From the NCBI RefSeq assembly GCF_009914755.1, contig NC_060937.1: 64,000 nt of DNA; one strand, 5' to 3'. The notes beneath the pieces were generated by a model that worked only from the letters and a program-made list of their open reading frames with translations, was not told the DNA's origin and made no database searches. This DNA is from the human T2T-CHM13v2.0 reference genome, Homo sapiens. The position numbers and the translations under genes are program-made. This document shows, one piece after another, positions 23,553 to 37,124 of the stretch. Numbering within the stretch: position 1 is the stretch's first letter; each line of letters opens with the position of its first letter.

Positions 23553-24639
23553 ATTCCCAAATTCTCCACCAGACTAAGTCTGGAGAGGTTACAATACTGG
23601 TTGGCACCTCTGATTATTGTTCAATGAAGGCTACTTTTCATTGCAATCATGATACAATTTTATTTGTCTCTGGAAAACCCTTGAAAGGGTTCTGTTTGAG
23701 CTCTGTCATCATAAGCTTTCATCATTTTGATGCGCCTGTGGCTCTGTCTGGTATATGCTATCTTCAAGCTGGAATCTCCCCAGTTTCCTCCTTGGTATAG
23801 ACAGGCCAAGTCACTCCCTTATTCTAAAACCACCTTTCCATTTTGAAGTGCCCCTTTTGCACTACAGTCATGGAATGGTCCCACTTCCATAGTCTAGCAG
23901 ACTTCCTGCTTTTGAGGATAGCAAGGTGAAGGAGAAAGAAAAAAAATGTCTCACTAGAGTACCTTTTTTTTCTACCTACACCTAACCCCCACAACTTAGG
24001 CTGCAAGAGTGGTAGGAAAAGAGTGTAGTGGGGAGGAGAGAAAATGTGAAGTGAAAGGTAGCATGGAGTGCATTAGAAATCAGTCAGCACAGTTCTCCCT
24101 TGGACTGCATTTCCATGAATCAGTACGTCATTCTCTTTCCTTTTGAGGAGTCTCTGATTTTGTTGTTTTAACTTCAGAATTTTAGATTGCTATGTTTTGA
24201 CATATACATCTTTAATAGGCAATCTTTTTGAGTCAAATATTTATCCCAGACTTCCAATACAGTGTTTCTCCCTTTATTAAAACTGAAAAGATAAATAAAA
24301 GTAATTCACACTCATAGAAAAAAAAATGTGTAACAATACAGGAAATCAACAGAGTGAATGTAAGCCATCACCAAGCAATGCACCTATTTGTTCAGGGTTT
24401 TTTCTTCATTTATTTGACTGGGAAAGGAAAACTAGTATTTATTGTGCTTCAGGTATATCCTGGACACAGATAAGTCTCATATTTTCTTGGATGGATATTA
24501 ACACTATCCCTTTTGTTGATGTGAATATTGAATTCTGGAGGTTAATCTGGACAGAGACACAAGACATAAGTGACAAAGGTTTTATTTGACCTTCAAGCCT
24601 ATATCCCTACCAGTGTACCGCACTGCTTCCAAAGTCATT

Positions 24640-25028
24640 TTTAAGTGAAATAATCCAGGTATAGAAAGACAATACTGTACATTTTCACTTACATGTGGAA
24701 TCTAAATCAGGCTCCAAGAAGCAGAGAGTCGACTGGTGTTAGCGGATGGAGGGTAGGAGGGGTGGGGAGATGATGGTTAAAGGGTATAAAATCTCAGGAG
24801 AAATAAAGGTTATTTTTAGATTTCTTACACAGCATGGTGAATATAGTTAATATTAGATTTCAAAATTGCAAAGAGTAAATTTCAAATGTTCTCACCACAA
24901 AAAAAGGTATTTGAGATGATGAAGATGTTCTTTAGCTTAACTATTTCACATTGTCTTCATAAATCATAACATCACTTTATACCTCATAAATATACACAAT
25001 TGTAAATTGTCAATTTACAGTAAAAAGT
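24640..25028 (+). mobile_element. L1MA (MA8/9-like) 3' end
   Basis: TAAGTGAAATAATCCAGG...CACTTACATGTGGAATCTAAA...GAGTAAATTTCAAATGTTCTCACCACAAAAAA...ATAAATATACACAATT. Confidence 0.85.
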
Positions 25029-25999
25029 TTTCAAAAGATGACCTTTACTAATATCTGCATTCAGAAACACTTCTTTTTCTAATGTTGACTAACCCTTCTA
25101 TGGTTTTTAAAATGTTCTCATCTCCCACCAGAATTGATGATGAGTCTGAGAAAACGAACCACTCATCCACTCATCTTGGCTTCCAGCTCAGGTACTCTCC
25201 CCATCTAAGCAACAGTCTGAAACATTTTCTAAAATCGAATGCTCAAGGTAGCAGCAATGTGTCCCAACTACAAGTCTTATCCTGTAGCCCCTCCCAAGAT
25301 GTACAAAAGCAAAGCCTACAAACCCATGGAAAAATACGAGTGTTCTAAAAATACATCATCAGCTGAAAGAGTGAGAGCTGTTTTTCAGGTGGTGCTAAAA
25401 ATGGGCAATTGAAAGTATTTGTTAGAAATGTCAGACTTTGAAAATGCAGTGATAAAAATGCAGATTTGAATTTGCCTGAGAGAATTGGATTTAGAAGTCT
25501 ATGGAAATTATTAGGAAGATGGGTTTTAAGTGACCAGTTTTTTATACATCTTCTTTGACAGTGATTTGTGCATAAGCTTCTGAAGTAGTTAACCAAAAGT
25601 CCTCACAGATATTTTTAATACAATGAACCCTTCAAGCTCTGATTTGTCAGAACTCAGAGAAACAGCAGGGTGTGTTGACTTGAGGCAGTTCCAGAATAAT
25701 ACAAAAATGTCTGGGCTTGCAGTGAGCAGCTGTAGAGCTGATTTAAGTCTTTTGAAAACTCTTGTTTTATTCTTGTGTATATAAATCTGCTAAAAATCAA
25801 ATCATATATAATCATATATATTTAAATTAAACCATACAAAAATCAAATAACATGGAAAAATATAAAGAAGAAAGTAAAATTCACCTGAAAACTCACTACA
25901 AAGAGATAGCTAAAACATTGTTGACATTTTCACATATATCAATGCAAGCTTTTTCTTTTGGAACCTCCTAATTCCTCCTTTATCTGTCCTCATACTCAT

Positions 26000-26600
26000 T
26001 AATTCATTCCAGAAACATTTGGTACTTATTTGAAGCTACTGTTCCAGGTCCTGAAAATATAACAACCTCATAATAGTCTAAAGAAGATAGATCATTAAAT
26101 AGACATGTACAGATCAGAATGTAAAGCTGGGGTAATGGTTGCCTTCTGCATCTTTGCATCTTCATTGCCTGGGTAGGGGAGCAGTATGCTAAGCAGACAT
26201 TTGCTGAATGATGAATTACTTTTTCAATCAGTAGGGGAATACAACGTGCTAAGTGCCAATAGAAGTACTTCATGGAAGCACCTCGGAGAAGCACATAAAT
26301 ATGACCAGGAGAAATTTTCAGAGGTCATGTCCAAACTGCACTGGAGGCACAGGGAAGAACTTATCTGGAAGCTGGAATAGCATGTGCAAAGTCTAGATGG
26401 AAAAGAGTATGGCACATGGAGGGAAACACAAGAAATTCAATTTGAATGATTCAAATTGAAATGAAAATTATGGCAAAGTCTCGATAGGCCATCTATGCCA
26501 GCCAGGTAACGAGGTTGGAGTTTATCTTCAGGCCAACAGGAAGTCAAAAAGGCTTTGATTATTAGAAGAATGGCATGATTTCCATCTCAAGAGGCTACAC
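26000..26600 (-). mobile_element. L2 fragments
   Basis: ATTCATTCCAGAAACATTTGGTACTTA and AGCAGACATTTGCTGAATGATGAAT (L2 3'-end-like, in both orientations), plus an L2 purine-rich body. Confidence 0.55.
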
Positions 26601-26749
26601 TCTACAATGCAGACTGTAACAGTAACTCCTGTAACAGTCTCTCAAACTTTTTGAAAAAATTCAAGTTGTGTTTCAAGTCTCTAGTGAAGACAGGCTAAAT
26701 TATTTCAATCAACAGCTCTGCTGAAAATAAATTGGATTAGGTTTAATCA

Positions 26750-27210
26750 CATTTTTTAAATTGATTAAATTATATTTGACAAATAATAGTTGCTATATTT
26801 ATGAGGTACAATATAATGTTTTAATCTATGTATACATTTTAGAAAGGTTAAATCTTATCCCTTATCAATTTATTTTTTGTGATGAGAATGTCAAAAATCT
26901 ATTCTTTAAGCAATTTTGAAATATACAAAAATTATTAACTGTAGCCATGATGCAGTGCAATAGATCACTGAAACTTATTTTTCCAGTCTAACTCTAACTG
27001 AAACTTTGTACCTTTTGACTGTCATCTCCCCTTTCCCCTTACCCCCATGGCCTCTGGTAACCACCATTCTATCCTCTGTTTCTATGAGATCAAATCTTTT
27101 AGATTTCACACATAAGTGAGATCATGTTGTATTTGTCCTTTTGTGCCTGGCTTATTTCACTTAGCATAATGCCCTCCAGGTCCATCCATACTGTTGCAAT
27201 GACAGATATC
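26750..27210 (-). mobile_element. L1MA 3' end
   Basis: TTTTAGATTTCACACATAAGTGAGATCATGTTGTATTTGTCCTTTTGTGCCTGGCTTATTTCACTTAGCATAATGCCCTCCAGGTCCATCCAT; minus-strand ORF ...WMDLEGIMLSEISQAQKDKY. Confidence 0.9.
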
Positions 27211-27214
27211 ATAT

Positions 27215-27722
27215 GCTTAAACACATCAGGATTAGATATGACAGTTGCCAGTGGGGTTCCAGAGAAAGCCATCCATGGAAAAGTGCCACGACACTCATTG
27301 GGAAAGTGCTCTCTGGGGTGCCTGAGAAAGCTCCCCATGAGATGATGCCACTCCATGAAGCTACACAAGGGGACATTAGGCAAAGCTATTCATGAAACCC
27401 TCTGAAAAGACACTAGAAGTGTTCCAGGGGAAGCTGATCATGGGGAAGTCCTAGTTTCTGCTGGCCACTGGGCTGTGCTGAAACTAGTTGTTACCAGAGT
27501 CAAACGTGTTTCAGAAACCCAGTAGACACCCACCTAGAAAAAGACACCAGAATCAAAATGAGAAACCCGTTCCTCCTCCTATATCCCTCCAGCACTCTCT
27601 ACTGATAGTTTGATATCATGCCACCTGGCAAAAGAAAACTATTTACAGGTTCCAGATCCATTATTGCAGAGATGGCAATGAAGGGTGTTTGGGAAAAGGC
27701 ACTAAATCAATAACTGCAACAG
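27215..27722 (-). mobile_element. Old MaLR LTR (MLT1M/N2/O-like)
   Basis: TCCCTCCAGCACTCTCTACTGA...TGCCACCTGGCAAAAGAAAA...GGCAATGAAGGGTG...AATAACTGCAACA. Confidence 0.6.
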
Positions 27723-28239
27723 ATAGTTAAAAAAAATAAAAGCCAGGGAATTAAAGGTCACTTGGAGGTGATATTTCAACAAGGTCATTTTTTACCAGCC
27801 TGTGACTTTTTTTTTAACCTCACAAAGTAAAAAGAAAAAAAAAAAAAGCAAAATCCACAATTGTCATAAGCCAAGAAGTCTACAGGAGACCTTTACTGTG
27901 TGTACTGGGCCCAAGTTACAATATCAATACAGAGGTAAGCCAAAAGAGCCCTTGCATGAAAATTAAAGCCCAGGTTTGATTTGCCTGGGCCTTTCAAGAA
28001 ACATGTCTATCTTTAACCTTAGTTTAAGATGCTCCCTGATTGGTTAGACACTGACCTGCAAAGAAACTGGTTATATATTTGAAGCTTCTTAAGGCTCCAA
28101 ATTTGTTACCCACTGTGAGACCGTTAAAGGCTCTGTTGGATCCTTGGCCCCCAGCAATTAACTTCATCGTGAGCCTAGGGCATAGTCTCATCTTTTAGCC
28201 CATGGCAAGATTTAAAAGCGGATGCAAAGACAACTACAT

Positions 28240-30300
28240 ACAAGCACCTAACCTAAAAACTCTCTCCCCTTGGAATTTTACTCCACCAAATTCATGAACA
28301 TAGGGTAAAACATGAACACAATGAGGAGGGAAAAGCAAAGTATAAAAAATAATCAAATAGAACCAAATGCATCTCTTACAGATGAAAAATGCAGCATCTA
28401 AATGAAAAACTCTCAGAATGGGACTAACAGCAAACCAGACACTGGTGAAAAAAAAGATCAGAGAATGCGACCCCACGTAGCAATAGAAACTGTTCAAAAT
28501 GAAGCAAACGGAGGAAAAAAAAAGTGAACAAAGCACAAGTGACCTTTGAAATAAGATAATCTTACTTAAAATTGAAGTCCCAGAGGAAGATAAGGTAGTA
28601 GATGGAGAAATAGTTGAGGAAATAATGATGAAAAATATTCAAAGTTTGATGAAAACTATAAACACAAAGATCCAAAAAGCTGAAAGAACCCCAAGAAGAA
28701 TAAAGCTATTAAAATGCCAAAAAAACTATAATTTAAAAACCATATCTAAGATAAATTAAAGATGACCTAAATATGTAAGAGAGAGATACCATGTTCATGG
28801 ATAAAAAGGTTCAATATTGTTAAGATAGTCAATTCTCCCCAAATTAATCTAGAGATTGAATGTAATCTCAAAGTCTCAGAATATATTTTAGAAGTCAACA
28901 AATTGACTTTAAAATTTTTGTGAAAATGAAAATCATCTACAATAGCCAAGAGAATTTTGAGAAAGAAGTTTAAAGTTGGAGAAAATAAATTTTGTAATTT
29001 CAAGACTTACTATGAAGTTGATAAAACAGTGTTATATTGGCATAAAATAGACACATGAGAAATAATAGAAAATGCTGAAATAGGCACATTATAATAAATA
29101 CTGTGTCTTTTGACAAAGGTGCCAAGGCAGTTCAATGGAGAAATAATAATCTTTTCAACAAAAAGTTCTGTAACAATTGGCTATGTATAGATGTAAAAAA
29201 TATGAACCTTTACTTTTACTCACAACATACACAAAACTTAACTTGAAATGGATTATAGATCTAAATGTAAGAGCTAAACTATAAAACATCTAGAAGATAT
29301 AGTAGTAAGTTTTAGTAACATTGGTTTTGGGAAAGATTTCTTCAAAACAACATACACACACAAAAGCAGGAACCATCAAGGAAAACTCAAGAAATTAGGT
29401 TTCATCAAAATTAAAATCTTTATTCTTCAAAAGACACTGCTATTAAAATGAGACAAGCCACACACTTACAGAAAAATATTTTCAAAATATATATATTAAC
29501 CAAAGTGTGTTCAGAATATACAGAGGACACTTACAACTCAATAAAACATAGAACTCAATAAAAAAATGCAAAAGATGTTGACATTCCACCAAAGCAGATA
29601 CACAGATAACAAACACATGAAAAGATGCTCAGTATTATTAATCATTAGGGAAATGCAAACTCAAAGCACAATAAAATATCACTGTATACCTGCTAGAATG
29701 AATGAAGCCAGACAGAAAAGAGTAAATATCCATTGATTCTATTCATATGAAATTCTAGAAAATGCTAACAAATCAATAATGACAGGAAGCAGATCAGTGA
29801 TCGTCTAGAGAAAGCTGTGTGAGGAGAATGAAACAGGGGGGAGGGAGCAACCCAAAAAAGGAAATACAAAGATGCATGAGGAAACTGTTGGTATGATGGA
29901 TATGTGCCTTATCTTAATCATGATGATGGTTTCATGAGTGTGCGTATGTCAAAATGTACCAAAATGTGTATTTTAAATATGTGCAGTTTATTGTATTTCA
30001 ATAATATATTTAAACAGCTGTAAAAATAGACAAAACTAACTTATTTTCAATAGAAATGCACACAAAAACGGTGAAACTACAAAACAGCAAGTAAATGATG
30101 ACACTCAAAAGTCAGGGTACTGGCTGCCTTCAGTGGGGTTAACGGAGAGAATGGTTGGTGATCAGGGAGGAGTACATGGTGGCTTCCAAGGGGCCAGTTT
30201 GACCTGGGGTGGTGATTTGTGGGAGTTTGCTTTATAAAGGCTGTGTGTGTGTGTATGTGTGTGTAGCACTTTTCTGTATCTTAATTATATTTCATATAGC
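28240..30300 (+). mobile_element. Old L1M (MC/MD/ME) fragments: ORF1 piece, ORF2 3' part and 3' UTR
   Basis: AAAGTTTGATGAAAACTATAAACACAAAGATCCAA; ATACCATGTTCATGGAT...TCAATTCTCCCCAAATTAATCTA; TTTGACAAAGGTGCCAAGGCAGTTCAATGG; ATGAAAAGATGCTCA...ATTAGGGAAATGCAAA; TATGTGCAGTTTATTGTAT. Confidence 0.85.
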
Positions 30301-30476
30301 ACACAAGGTAAAGAAGAAATAGAAGTGGATTAGGAAGGATGAAGGGAGGGAAGAAGGAAAGGAAGGAGGAGAATCAAAAGCAAGTAGGAGGATGGTGAAA
30401 TGGAAAGATCACCCAATTAAGTACCTGGAGATCTAAGTTGCAGTTGTGTTTCTGCACATGAGTCAATGGAATATAG

Positions 30477-30805
<329 letters not shown>

Positions 30806-31211
30806 AGTCAATCAATCTCTTTATGCCTCACTGATTTCCCTACCTGAGGTTTATTAGATGCCGCAGAGTCTGAAATAGTCGATTCCTAACAGGTCCTCCA
30901 TCACTTTGAATCTTTAAGATCAGTCCCTCAACAAATAACTGCTAATGGACTAATGCTACTACTCAGATCAGAAGCAAAAACCCTTAAAAATCCAAAGGAA
31001 TATGTTCCTGATATCAAAGCTTGTCCCCAGGGAAAGGCAGGGGCAACTTCAGTCATACTGTGTAAGAGAAGAGCAACTTTATGAGCTTGTCACTCTGTTC
31101 TTTCTTTAGTGCTGCAGTTGAAAGAGCACTGCAATTGGAGTAGAACGTTTTGAGAACAAGTAGTGGCTTCCCTTCCCACTGATTGTGTCTTAGTTTCATT
31201 TTCAAAGCAAG

Positions 31212-31345
31212 AATAACAACAGCTAACACTTCTATAGCGTGTATGGTGTATCAGGCACTGTTCTAAGCTTTACACGTATGTGTATTTACTCATTTAATTC
31301 TCACAATGCTGAAAGAGATATTATTATCCCCATTTTATGGGGTGG
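31212..31345 (-). mobile_element. MIR SINE
   Basis: AACAGCTAACACTT...CAGGCACTGTTCTAAGCTTTACA...TTACTCATTTAATTCTCACAA...ATTATCCCCATTTTA. Confidence 0.8.
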
Positions 31346-31479
31346 GGAGGGAACAAAGGCTGATAACAATGGTATGAGATTATTGTGAGCATCATCACAT
31401 AAAATAATGTATATAAAATGTCTTCCTATACTTAAAACTACATGTATATATACAGTACTTTAACAATATACCAATATCA

Positions 31480-31875
31480 AGAGAACAAGAAGACACAGAA
31501 AATATTTGCAAAAGACACATCTGATAAAGGACTGTTGTCTAAAATATATGATGAATGCTTAAAACTCAACAAGAAAGAAAATAAATTTTAAAATGGGGAA
31601 AAGATCTGAATAGACACCTCACCAAAGAAGATATACAGGTGGCAATAAGCGTGTGAAAACGTGTTCAACATCATATGTCATTAGGGTAAGGCAAATTAAA
31701 ACAGTAACGAGATGTCTTACATACCTGTTAGAATGGCAAAAATCCCAAACACTGACAATGTCACCAGTTGATAGTGGGGGAGTCTGTGGGTGTGTGGAGG
31801 CAGGGGCTATATGGGAACTCTACTTTCTGTTAAATTTTGCAATGAATCTAAAAATGCTTTAAAAAATCTATATTA
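31480..31875 (+). mobile_element. L1MB/MC 3' fragments
   Basis: AAATATTTGCAAAAGACACATCTGATAAAGGACTGTT...AGACACCTCACCAAAGAAGATATACAG joined to GTTGATAGTGGGGGAG...ATATGGGAACTC. Confidence 0.8.
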
Positions 31876-31876
31876 A

Positions 31877-32014
31877 ATACATATATACACATATATATGT
31901 GTAGATATGTGTGTGTATATATATATATGTATATATATATATACACACACACATACTAATGAAAGTAAACTCACCCTTTTACCATGATTTGAATATACTG
32001 TGATTGGATGAACT

Positions 32015-32049
<35 letters not shown>
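31877..32049. repeat. Compound (TA)/(TG)/(CA) microsatellites
   Basis: Mixed TA/TG/CA at 31877-31953 and a pure (AC)n at 32020-32049. Confidence 0.95.
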
Positions 32050-32052
<3 letters not shown>

Positions 32053-33029
32053 CTACAACATTCCCGTTTAAGGATTTCTGATGTTAATTTGACAAATAAC
32101 AGATTTTCTAAAGAGTTCTAACCATTTGCCACTTTAAAAGATTCAGTCATCCAGGCTTTTCCAGAAATTACAAAATGAACCTTTATACAAAATGCTTCTC
32201 ATCCAGCATTGAGTTGAAAAGGAGAGACTACAAAGCATCTCCTCCCTTCATCCTGGCCCCTGCTCCAGGCACTGCTCATTCATCACTGTCATCACACAAC
32301 CCTGCCTGTATTCCTCTCCTGCTTAGGAAGACAAGGTACATAAACATTTTGAAGGAATTCACTGGGTGCCTGATATATGATGAGAATTTTAAAATAAATT
32401 TACACCTCTGGTAACCAATAAAATAAAAGCACAGAACAAACTGTACTTTTTTTAATGAAAAAATCATAGATAACTAAGCTAAAAATTGTGGCCCTAGTAT
32501 AGCTATTTAGAAAAATCCATTCGTCATATACCAAACAGATTAAAGTCCAAGTTGAAAATTTACATGCACTTTATAAACCCACCAGCTCTTTGGAAAGAAC
32601 TTGAATTTCCCATGTGTATACTACATAAGTTTTTCAAGCATAAGCAATCCATTTGTCTTCATTTAGCCTTCAGCCACTTTTTATTCCCAAGGAATTGCTT
32701 GGCCATTGAAATACAACTTACTTTCAAGGTGGTATATTTCTCAGAAGAGAGTTTAACTTCCCAAGAGCCTGAGGCCTGAAGAGGAAATGTGGACCATCCT
32801 GGGAGGTTACGTATAAATCAGAGTTAGGAAATTTTCACAAAATACCCTGGGATATGAATGACCCTCCAGACTCACCATCAAAGTAGTATCAGTGAAGAAA
32901 GGAGCAAAGAAAGGCCTTCAAGCCCAATCTCCTACTTCCAAGTAGGACTGCACCAGCCACTGGCCTGGGTCATGTGAGGTCCAACTTATAGGAAGGCTTT
33001 GGAGTGGGACACTTAGGGGGAGCTTTGAC

Positions 33030-33610
33030 TGTTATCAGGCAGAGTACAGCCAGGATATTGAAACCACCTAGTTATTTTAGCAGAGAATTTGATATAGACA
33101 ATTATAGAGAACAGCAAAGGCAAAGGGAGACGGTGAATTGTCACAGAGGAAGTAAATGTGAGAAGCACAGCTACCACCCCCAGGGCTGAGGAACAATGAA
33201 CGCTTTGGGGATTACTAGAATTTAAAAGCTTGGGTGAGAAGTCCTGCAGAACTGGGAACCAGACCTGTAAAGAGGGGAAACTGCTGGCTGGTGCAGGCTG
33301 GTGCTGGCTGCTCGGAGGGTGGCAACCAGGCTGCCTCTGGAAGTGTGGATGAAACTGTAAAGTAGAACAGACTGCCACGTCCAGCATGAAGAGCTAATTC
33401 TGAGACGATGTTGACAGCAACAGGAAGCAAAGCAGGAAAGAGTAAGTTCCTTCTCCTTTCCTCCTTTTAGCCTCCACCAGTGAAGAACCAAACAGGGAGC
33501 CACATGGCAAAAACTAAATGTGAATTGCAGGGTTCCAGCCCCATCACAGGAAAACAGAGTAAGGAAGATGGGTTTGTGCTGATAGTCAATAGCCTCACTG
33601 CCAATGTGAC
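33030..33610 (-). mobile_element. Old MaLR LTR (MLT1N2/O-like)
   Basis: TATCAGGCAGAGTACAGCCAGGATATTGAAACCAC...TCCTTTTAGCCTCCACCAGTG...GCAGGGTTCCAGCCCCATCACAG. Confidence 0.55.
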
Positions 33611-33631
33611 ATCTAAATTGAGAGTGAGTGA

Positions 33632-34131
<500 letters not shown>

Positions 34132-35904
34132 TGGAAAATTCTTTTGAGAAATCTTTTAGTGTCTTGAAAGGGGTGATAAATGGAGTAAAGTAAATGAGCT
34201 TGTCTCTCTGTTTCTTCTTTAAGAGTTATCTGCACCTTAAGCCAAGAGAAAAAGGGAGCAGCTTTTTCTCCTATTAACACAAAGACCCTGCTAACACTTT
34301 GAAATTACAGCTGAAGGATCAACTGCAGTTCTTAATAACTGCACAGCCTTTCTTCTATCTCAAGGACAGCGAGGTGATTTTATTCCTCCAGTTATATTTA
34401 GAAGACCACTTTACAGACATTTTGAGAAGGAGAATTCTTGCTCAGGTTTTCCTAAACACAGGATGCCGGATTCAGCGTGTCTTGAGAGGAGTATACATTG
34501 GAACAAAGTGTCCTGTCCTCTATGACCTGGAGTTCGTTGCATTAATACCAGAAGATGAATCAGATACTCAAATGTCATCATTGCTCTGTTTTCCTCCTAG
34601 TCGTATGCCCATTACAGCTTTAATCACAGCTTTCCTCCTGAGTGGCAATGAAAGAGGAATGAGTGAAGAATTGTACATCCTACTGTGATTGGAGTTTTAT
34701 AGCTAAGCTTGACTGTCAGACTTCATTCCCTTCTGAAGAAAAGGTGATGATTTCATTCCAATCAATATCTATTCCACTTTCCTTGAAAACACACACACAT
34801 ATATTAGGTAAAATGCCCTTTTGTAAAAAAAAGATCAAGGGAACAATAAAATAAGAATATTGACAGAAAATATAAAAATGAAGATATAGCAGAAAAACAG
34901 TAATACACATATGCACTGAGCTGTTTATAAATGTTAGAGGCAAAGAAATAAAGTGGAAGTCATAGCTTGCCTCATTCAGTCACGTCAGAGTAGAATGAAT
35001 CATAGCAATAACTAGGGTGGTGACTCAAACAGTAATTTAAGAAGAAATTTGAGAAGGAGAAGGATAAAAGGAACTCTATAAACCTTGAGAGTATCTGTTC
35101 ATGCAAAACTAGTGGACCATGGTATGGCTGATCTACTTTCAACGAACCGTGATTGGGTGTCTCTGCAAACTGATGTGATGAATACTTTTCTCCTTATTCT
35201 AAAGGTGAATAAGACAAATAAATCAACAAGATTTTGGTATCTTTAGACTACTATTTCCAAAAGGAAATGCTGCGACTTCTAGCTTTGGATTATGAACTGA
35301 GAGATGTAGCTAATTAAGAAATAGCGTCATCCTAAAAGACTGGTTACCTGTTCATATCCTGAAAGAAACAAAAACAGTAATCAAATTTAATAACACATGG
35401 TAGCTTCTGGAATGAATTTAGGAGACCAAAAAATAAAAATTATTGTAAATCACTAAGTATTCAAATCAAACTGACTACCTCAGGTATCTTTGCCTAACAG
35501 GGAATCTATGGAGTGAGGATTCAACTCTTCCAGTACCTAACATGACTGTAGAGCCAACCAGGACTATAAAAGTGGAGGTTCACAGCCATTTGTCCCCTTC
35601 ACAAAACGTGGAAAGATACATTTTAGGTGGGGAATAGGGGCACGTAGGGCCATCTTTCAATGAGACAACTGCCTCTAGTGGTAGGTTTACTTCTAACTGA
35701 AGGTGTTTCATGTGGAAGACCTTTAGGAGAAGAAAGAGCTCATTGCCTGGTTCCAGAGGAAATGTAGAACACCTAGGAGGGAACAATTGTTTCATGAATT
35801 AGGGAGGTAGCTGATAGCCACCCAATAAGACCTGTTTCATTCCTGCTCCCTGGGCACTGCAGCCAGGAAGAGCAGACTTGGGTATTTGTCCCAGCCAGCT
35901 ACTC

Positions 35905-36860
35905 CTTCTTTCTTGAAAATAGTCTTCTCTTGGCTTCTGTGACATTAACAATTTCCCTACTATGCTACAAACTGCTGCACTCCTCTTCCTCCTATGGTCA
36001 TAAAGAAAAGACTGCTCCAAAGTCAAGTCTTGGGCCCCCTTCTCATTCTGTCTGCCCTTCTACCACTGTGAAGGTGATCTCCTCCTGTCCTGTGGCATTA
36101 AATAAATCCTGTGGGCCAACAATGCCAAATGTGCATATATCCCTCCTGCTGGCCACTTGTGTGCATTCAACCCCCATTCACACATCTGCTGGGACAACTA
36201 ACGTACCTCAAATATGCCCAAAATGCCCCACTCCCCTCCCGATCTGTTCCTAGGGAATCTTCCCAGTCTCAGTAAATGGTCCTACCCTTGCATAAGGCAA
36301 AAACTTAGATGTCATCTGTTTCCTACCCCAAAATCAATCCAGCAGCAAGTTCTGCCAGCTCTAAACACAATGTATCTCTCTAATCCACCCATTTCTCCCC
36401 ACTGCCACTGCTCTCCCTCTAATCCTAGCATCACCTGCTGCCCCCATACTATGGCAATGACCTTAAAATGATCTCACTGCTTCACTCCTGTATCCTTCAG
36501 CCTATGCCCCACACAACTCTGCTTCAATGCTTTTAAAAACAAAGTGATGGCATCACTCATGTATAAAGCTCTCCAATGACTTTCTGTCATACCAAATAGT
36601 TAGATTAATACTCCTTCCACTGTTGGCCACACTTTGTAATATTTGTCCCTTGCCTCCTCCTTCAGCCTCGTCACATATTTCTTCCTCCTTTTAACTCATT
36701 GCACTCCAGTCCCATGGTCTGCGGTTTTTCTTCCAAAACTCCAGGCTCATACCTTTGCCCCTGCAGTCTGTTATGTGTAGAATACCTTTCCTCTCAGATT
36801 TTGCACAGCTGACGTGTTTTCATTCATGTCTCAGCCTAAACATCATCTCTTCACTGACAA
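35905..36860 (+). mobile_element. L2 LINE remnant
   Basis: TCTTCTCTTGGCTTCTGTGACA; CTTCCCAGTCTCAGTAAATGG; AATCCAGCAGCAAGTTCTGCCAGCTCTA; TCATTCATGTCTCAGCCTAAACATCATCTCTTCA. Confidence 0.8.
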
Positions 36861-37080
36861 AACTCCTAAAAGTTTTAAAACCAAAGAGACCCTAGAAAAA
36901 CAGACTGGATGGGCAGAGAGAAGCTACTTAACACCTTAGTCCTGGGGATAGTGTCCTTTCTGAAAAAAGACTGAGACCGAGGTAAGTATATGCTTCTATT
37001 ACTACAAGGCCAGATTCAGTGATCTCATTACAAAGAAATCCTATGCAGAGTTTGAATGAAGATAAAAAGATAAAGATGGC

Positions 37081-37124
37081 AGATACAAGATGGGAAGAGA
37101 TACAAGATGGGAAGAGATACAAGA
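37081..37124. repeat. 17-bp tandem repeat, 2.6 copies
   Basis: AGATACAAGATGGGAAG at 37081 and 37098, partial copy at 37115. Confidence 0.95.

Noticed and set aside
34299-34688. 129-aa ORF in non-repeat DNA
   Set aside because: It starts at TTG rather than ATG, has no recognisable domain and no convincing splice-site pair, and this length can occur by chance in 64 kb.
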